From Candidatus Pelethousia sp. (GTDB taxonomy: Bacteria > Bacillota > Clostridia > Christensenellales > CAG-138), in the NCBI GenBank assembly GCA_034928145.1, contig JAYFPE010000040.1, positions 5,282 through 69,281 of the forward strand: 64,000 bases of DNA, written 5' to 3'. Both the position numbers and the translations under genes were made by a program. Numbering within the stretch: the stretch's first letter is position 1; each line of letters starts with the position of its first letter. Shown piece by piece: positions 58,618 to 64,000 of this stretch. The notes under the pieces are model-generated. The model ran no database searches, had not been told where the DNA came from, and saw only the letters and a program-made list of their open reading frames with translations.

Positions 58618-60420
58618 ATGGCTTACCAAAGGGAACTGATCCGCAATTTTTGCATCATCGCCCACATCGACCACGGTAAATCCACCCTGGCGGACAGGAT
58701 GATGGAGCTGACAGAAACCGTATCCGCGCGGGATATGGAAAACCAGCTTTTGGATACCATGGAGATCGAGCGGGAGCGGGGCATCACCATCAAGGCCTCC
58801 GCCGTGCGCATGTTTTATACCCATACGGACGGCAAGCGCTACATGCTCAACCTGATCGACACCCCGGGCCATGTGGACTTCACCTACGAGGTCTCCCGGG
58901 CGCTGGCCGCCTGTGAGGGGGCCATACTGGTGGTGGATGCCACCCAGGGGATCGAGGCGCAAACGCTGGCCAACGTATACCTGGCGCTGGATAATAATTT
59001 GGAGATCGTGCCGGTCATCAACAAGATCGACTTGCCAAGCGCCCAGCCCGAGTTCGTCATCAAGGAGATTGAGGATGTAATCGGCCTGCCCGCAGAGCAC
59101 GCGCCTCTGATCTCCGCGAAAAACGGCACCAACGTGGCAGCTGTATTGAGCCAGGTGGTGGAGATGGTACCCGCCCCGGCCGGGGATGAGACCGCGCCTC
59201 TGCAAGCCCTGATTTTCGATAGCATTTACGATAATTATAAAGGCGCTTTAAGCTACGTACGTGTTAAAAACGGCATCGTGCGGGCGGGCATGCGCATCCG
59301 CTCCATGGCTACGAAAAACGAATTCGACGTAACGGAGGTAGGGGTGTTCACGCCTAACCTCAAACCTACGGATTCATTGAGCGCGGGGGAGGTGGGCTAT
59401 ATCGCCGCCTCCATCAAAAGCGTGGCGGAAACCAAAGTGGGCGATACCATTACGGATGCGGAAAACCCCGCAAAAGAAGCCCTGCCGGGCTATAAGCACG
59501 CCAACCCCATGGTCTTTTGCGGCATCTACCCGGCGGATGGGGCGGATTATGAGTCCCTGCGCGACGCCCTAGATAAGCTGGTGCTCAACGATGCTTCCCT
59601 CACCTATGAGGCGGAAACCTCTCTGGCCCTGGGCTTTGGCTTCCGCTGTGGTTTTCTGGGCCTGCTTCATATGGAGATCATCCAGGAACGCCTGGAGCGG
59701 GAATTCGACCTCGATCTTGTGACCACGGCGCCGAGCGTCATCTACCGGGTGGTAAAAACCGACGGCGCGGAGCTGGTGATAGACAACCCCAGCAACCTGC
59801 CCCCGGCCACGGAGATCCAATCCATGGAGGAGCCGATGGTGGAGGCCCATATCATGACCCCTTCGGAATATGTGGGCACCATCATGGAGCTTTGTCAGGA
59901 GCGGCGGGGCATTTTCATCGATATGACCTATTTGGAGGAGACCCGCGTCAACCTCAAATACGACCTGCCCCTTAACGAAATCATCTATGACTTTTTCGAC
60001 CAGCTAAAATCCCGCAGCCGGGGCTACGCATCCTTCGATTATGAGTTGAAGGAATATCGCAAGAGCGACCTTGTGCGGCTCGATTTCCTGCTCAATGGCG
60101 ATATGTGCGACGCGCTTTCCACCATCGTCCATAAAGATCGGGCTTATGCCAAGGGCAGGGCTGTGGCCGAAAAGCTGCAGGAGGTCATCCCGCGCCAGCA
60201 ATTCGAGGTGCCCATCCAGGCAGCCATTGGCACCAAAGTGATTGCCCGGGAGACCGTGCGCGCCCTGCGCAAGGATGTGCTGGCCAAATGCTACGGCGGC
60301 GACATCTCCCGCAAGAAAAAGCTGCTCGAAAAGCAGAAGGAGGGCAAAAAGCGCATGCGCCAGGTCGGCACGGTGAGCGTACCCAGCGATGCTTTCATGA
60401 GCGTGCTGCGCATCAACTAA
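58618..60420 (+). CDS. lepA: Elongation factor 4 (LepA)
   Basis: [39 protein letters not shown] and [14 protein letters not shown] motifs. Confidence 0.98.
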   Translation: MAYQRELIRNFCIIAHIDHGKSTLADRMMELTETVSARDMENQLLDTMEIERERGITIKASAVRMFYTHTDGKRYMLNLIDTPGHVDFTYEVSRALAACEGAILVVDATQGIEAQTLANVYLALDNNLEIVPVINKIDLPSAQPEFVIKEIEDVIGLPAEHAPLISAKNGTNVAAVLSQVVEMVPAPAGDETAPLQALIFDSIYDNYKGALSYVRVKNGIVRAGMRIRSMATKNEFDVTEVGVFTPNLKPTDSLSAGEVGYIAASIKSVAETKVGDTITDAENPAKEALPGYKHANPMVFCGIYPADGADYESLRDALDKLVLNDASLTYEAETSLALGFGFRCGFLGLLHMEIIQERLEREFDLDLVTTAPSVIYRVVKTDGAELVIDNPSNLPPATEIQSMEEPMVEAHIMTPSEYVGTIMELCQERRGIFIDMTYLEETRVNLKYDLPLNEIIYDFFDQLKSRSRGYASFDYELKEYRKSDLVRLDFLLNGDMCDALSTIVHKDRAYAKGRAVAEKLQEVIPRQQFEVPIQAAIGTKVIARETVRALRKDVLAKCYGGDISRKKKLLEKQKEGKKRMRQVGTVSVPSDAFMSVLRIN

Positions 60421-60422
60421 CC

Positions 60423-61562
60423 ATGGCGGGCCTGTATCTTCACATACCATTTTGCGTGCAGAAATGCGCCTACTGCGACTTCATTTCCTTTGCGGATCCG
60501 GAGCCGCGGCAGGCGTATCTTTCGGCTTTAGCAAAAGAGATCGGCCTGGCCGCCCGGCGCTTCCCGGCCGCGGCCTATGACACCGTTTTCATCGGCGGGG
60601 GTACGCCCTCGATAATATCCGTGCAAGATATGGCTGGCCTGCTGGCCGCTCTTGGGTCGGCGTTCGCTATCGCGCCGGGGGCGGAATACACCGTCGAATG
60701 CAACCCGGGCACGGTGGATGCGCAAAAGCTGCAAGCCTACCGGAAGGGGGGCGTGAACCGGATCTCACTGGGCCTGCAAAGCGCGGAGGACGGTCTTCTT
60801 CGCGTCATCGGACGCATCCATGATTTTGCCCAGTTTGAAGAAAGCTTTCGCCTCGCCCGGGAGGCGGGCTTTGCGAATATCAACGTCGATCTGATGTATG
60901 GCCTGCCTGGCCAAAACTTAGACCAATACCTCTCGACTATCCGAACAGTAACGGCCCTGGGGCCGGAGCACGTCAGCGCGTACTCCCTCATATTGGAGGA
61001 AGGTACGCCCTTATACATGCGCGTAAAAGCGGGGGAAACGTTCTTGCCGGATGAGGACGAAGTCTGTGATATGCAGGACGCCGGCCGCGCCTTGCTGGCT
61101 GAGCTGGGCTATGCGCGCTATGAGATATCCAACTACGCAAAGCCCGGCTTTGCCTGCCGCCACAACATGAATTATTGGCAGAACGGGCCCTATCTGGGCC
61201 TTGGGCTGGCCGCCCACTCCGCCATGGAGATCGGCGGCTGGCGGCGCTGGAGCAACCACGCCGAAATGAACGCCTATTTAGCGGCTTTGGAGCGGGAGGA
61301 ACTGCCCGTTTGGGAGCAGCGGCGCATACCGCGCACCGAGGAGATGTTTGAATGCGTGATGCTGGGCCTGCGCATGCTAAAGGGCGTGGAGCGGCCTGCC
61401 TTTTTGGCGCGCTTTGGCCTGGATGTGTGCGCTGCTTACCCCGAGGCCGTTGAGGCCCTTTCCGCCTTGGGTTGGGCGGAGGCAACGCCCGACGCCCTGC
61501 GCCTCACACAGGCCGGGCTCGACATGGAAAACAGCGCCCTGCTTTATTTCCTCGAGGATTGA
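60423..61562 (+). CDS. hemW: Radical SAM heme chaperone HemW
   Basis: LYLHIPFCVQKCAYCDF, GGGTPS, YEISNYA and HN..YW; lepA-hemW-hrcA synteny. Confidence 0.93.
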   Translation: MAGLYLHIPFCVQKCAYCDFISFADPEPRQAYLSALAKEIGLAARRFPAAAYDTVFIGGGTPSIISVQDMAGLLAALGSAFAIAPGAEYTVECNPGTVDAQKLQAYRKGGVNRISLGLQSAEDGLLRVIGRIHDFAQFEESFRLAREAGFANINVDLMYGLPGQNLDQYLSTIRTVTALGPEHVSAYSLILEEGTPLYMRVKAGETFLPDEDEVCDMQDAGRALLAELGYARYEISNYAKPGFACRHNMNYWQNGPYLGLGLAAHSAMEIGGWRRWSNHAEMNAYLAALEREELPVWEQRRIPRTEEMFECVMLGLRMLKGVERPAFLARFGLDVCAAYPEAVEALSALGWAEATPDALRLTQAGLDMENSALLYFLED

Positions 61563-61661
61563 GAGCAGCTGAAAAGGCCAGGGAAATAAGCATTTTTTTA
61601 CGCCCGGCCGATAATTCATGCTGATGTTGCCGTTTGTTCACATTGCACGGGGCCGTTTCCC

Positions 61662-61729
61662 TTGACATAAATGGGCCGCGGTGCTATTTTTATTCATAGT
61701 GATTAGCACTCGAATCACAGGAGTGCTAA
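61662..61729 (+). promoter_or_regulatory. hrcA promoter and CIRCE operator
   Basis: TTGACA-N17-TATTTT; perfect CIRCE TTAGCACTC-N9-GAGTGCTAA at 61703-61729. Confidence 0.95.
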
Positions 61730-61773
61730 TACGGATCCCAGGTAAAAAACAATAACCGCGGGAAAGGAGGCGG

Positions 61774-62814
61774 ATGGAAATGGAACTGGATATGCGTAAA
61801 ATGCGCATCTTGCAGGCGATCATCGACGACTATATCCTCACGGCAACGCCGGTAGGCTCCCGCACCATCTCCAAGCTGCCCGATATCTCCCTTTCTTCTG
61901 CTACCATTCGCAATGAGATGAGCGACCTGGAGGAGATGGGCTACCTGGAGCAGCCCCATACCTCTGCGGGTCGCATTCCCAGCGAAAAGGCATACAGGCT
62001 GTATGTGAATTCCATTATGCGCCAGGCGCACCTGACGGAGGCGGAAAAGCGCTTCATTAAAGGCTGCTATTCCAATACTCTCGATGAACTCGACCAGGTG
62101 ATCAGGCAAACGGCCTGGGTGCTTTCCAGCATGACCAAATATACCTCCATGGTGTTGAAGCCTGCCCTGCGGTCCGTTAAGGTCAAGCGCATCCAGTTGG
62201 TGCCCGTTTCCGAGGGCAGGGCGCTGGCCGTGGTGGTTACGGATCTGGGCGCCACGCGCGATACCATCATCAACGTGCCCCGTGGCATGGATTACAGCCA
62301 AATGGAGCGCGTGTCCAACATCCTTACGGAGCGTTTCCAAGGCACGGCCTTGCAGGATGTAAGCGCCCGCCGCATACCGGAGCTGCGCGCAGCGCTGGAT
62401 AGCCAGCGCGAGTTTCTCGATGAGGCGCTCTCCGCCCTGCATAAAAGCCTGGATACCGGGCCTGGGGGCGTGCAACTGGCCGGGGCGACGAATATCCTCA
62501 ATTACCCCGAATATAACGACGTAGAAAAGGCACGCGGCTTCCTTGCCGCCCTGGAAACCAAGGATATGCTCTACAAGCTTCTTACCGAGGCGACGGACGT
62601 GGAGTTTTCCATCCGGATCGGCGCAGAAAACGAGGATAAGGATATGCAGGATTGTTCGGTGGTTACGGCTACCTATAAGGTGGGGCCGACCATCGGCTCA
62701 CTGGGCATCATCGGCCCGGTCCGCATGGATTATGCCAGGGTCATGGCCCTGTTGCGGCATATAGGCAAGAGTGTGGGCGAGGTGCTCACCAGTATGTTTG
62801 AGGAGGATCGATAG
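61774..62814 (+). CDS. hrcA: Heat-inducible transcription repressor HrcA (start may be 61780)
   Basis: PVGSRT, SSATIRNEMSDLE, QPHTSAGRIP and IGPVRMDY motifs. Confidence 0.97.
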   Translation: MEMELDMRKMRILQAIIDDYILTATPVGSRTISKLPDISLSSATIRNEMSDLEEMGYLEQPHTSAGRIPSEKAYRLYVNSIMRQAHLTEAEKRFIKGCYSNTLDELDQVIRQTAWVLSSMTKYTSMVLKPALRSVKVKRIQLVPVSEGRALAVVVTDLGATRDTIINVPRGMDYSQMERVSNILTERFQGTALQDVSARRIPELRAALDSQREFLDEALSALHKSLDTGPGGVQLAGATNILNYPEYNDVEKARGFLAALETKDMLYKLLTEATDVEFSIRIGAENEDKDMQDCSVVTATYKVGPTIGSLGIIGPVRMDYARVMALLRHIGKSVGEVLTSMFEEDR

Positions 62815-62817
62815 GCG

Positions 62818-63405
62818 TTGAGCAAGGAAAAGGAGACCGGTCGGGAGCTGGAAATGGATCAGGAGCTGGAGAGCCGGGCGGCGGAGCAGGATGTGCCCGC
62901 CGTGGAAGCCGATAGCGAGCTGCCCGAACTGATCGAGTTGAAAAAGGAAGAGTTTTTGCAGATCAAGGAGCATATCTCGGGCCTCGAAAAGGAGCGGGAT
63001 GAAATGAAGGGCCTGGCCCAGCGCGTGCAGGCGGATTTTGATAATTACCGCCGCCGCAACAGCACCGTGATGACGGATTGCCGGGAGGAAGGGGTGCGCA
63101 GCGTGATTTTCGGCCTTCTGCCTGTGCTGGATAATTTTGACCGGGCGCTGGAAAACGCCGAAGGCGTGGATGAAAGCTATGTATCCGGCGTGGCGCTGGT
63201 GTACCGCCAACTTATGGATACACTGGCCAAATGTGGTCTCAAGGAAGTCCCGGCGGACGGCATGTTCGATCCGAATCTGCATGAGGCCGTGATGCAGGAA
63301 GCCTGCGAGGGCGCCTGCTCGGGCTCGATCGTTGAGGTGTTCCAGAAGGGTTATCAGGTAAACGAGCGCATCATCCGCCACAGCATGGTGAAGGTCGCGC
63401 AGTAA
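62818..63405 (+). CDS. grpE: Nucleotide exchange factor GrpE
   Basis: ADFDNYRRR, LPVLDNFDRAL, FDPNLHEAV and QKGY..RIIRHSMVKV. Confidence 0.96.
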   Translation: MSKEKETGRELEMDQELESRAAEQDVPAVEADSELPELIELKKEEFLQIKEHISGLEKERDEMKGLAQRVQADFDNYRRRNSTVMTDCREEGVRSVIFGLLPVLDNFDRALENAEGVDESYVSGVALVYRQLMDTLAKCGLKEVPADGMFDPNLHEAVMQEACEGACSGSIVEVFQKGYQVNERIIRHSMVKVAQ

Positions 63406-63438
63406 ATAAATAGAGTAAAGAGAAAGCATAGATTTTAG

Positions 63439-64000
<562 letters not shown>

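Overview
A GC-rich, mostly core-genome stretch from a Clostridia-type (Bacillota) chromosome, probably a spore former. It carries these standard blocks: SAM-I riboswitch-metK; recX-acpS-nnrD; rsmD-coaD-(SepIVA-like)-ylbJ-tmcAL; pta-ackA-DUF177-rpmF; plsX-acpP-rnc-smc-ftsY-ylxM-ffh-rpsP-khpA-rimM-trmD-rplS-ylqF-rnhB-yraN; comM-dprA-topA-trmFO-hslVU; rplM-rpsI; glmM; glyQS; and lepA-hemW-CIRCE-hrcA-grpE-dnaK. I saw no rRNA, tRNA, CRISPR array, transposase or prophage. The unusual parts are small insertions into this backbone. (1) An accessory patch at about 2.2-4.9 kb holds an orphan small transcription unit, a CD3324/Mor-like regulator, a 270-bp hairpin-rich non-coding element flanked by a duplicated 27-bp palindrome, and a divergent RsgA-like GTPase fused to an RNHCP zinc domain. 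The core of that element recurs inverted between khpA and rimM. (2) A roughly 1260-aa protein fuses two different GT-C glycosyltransferases and sits next to a GtrA flippase; a GDP-mannose pyrophosphorylase and a Pro/Thr-rich lipoprotein lie about 10 kb away, suggesting a protein O-mannosylation system. (3) There are several small peptides (40 aa, 49 aa and a Cys-rich 79 aa) and a SepIVA-like coiled-coil protein with an acidic, amphipathic tail. All family calls come from reading motifs and synteny by eye; no database search was run.
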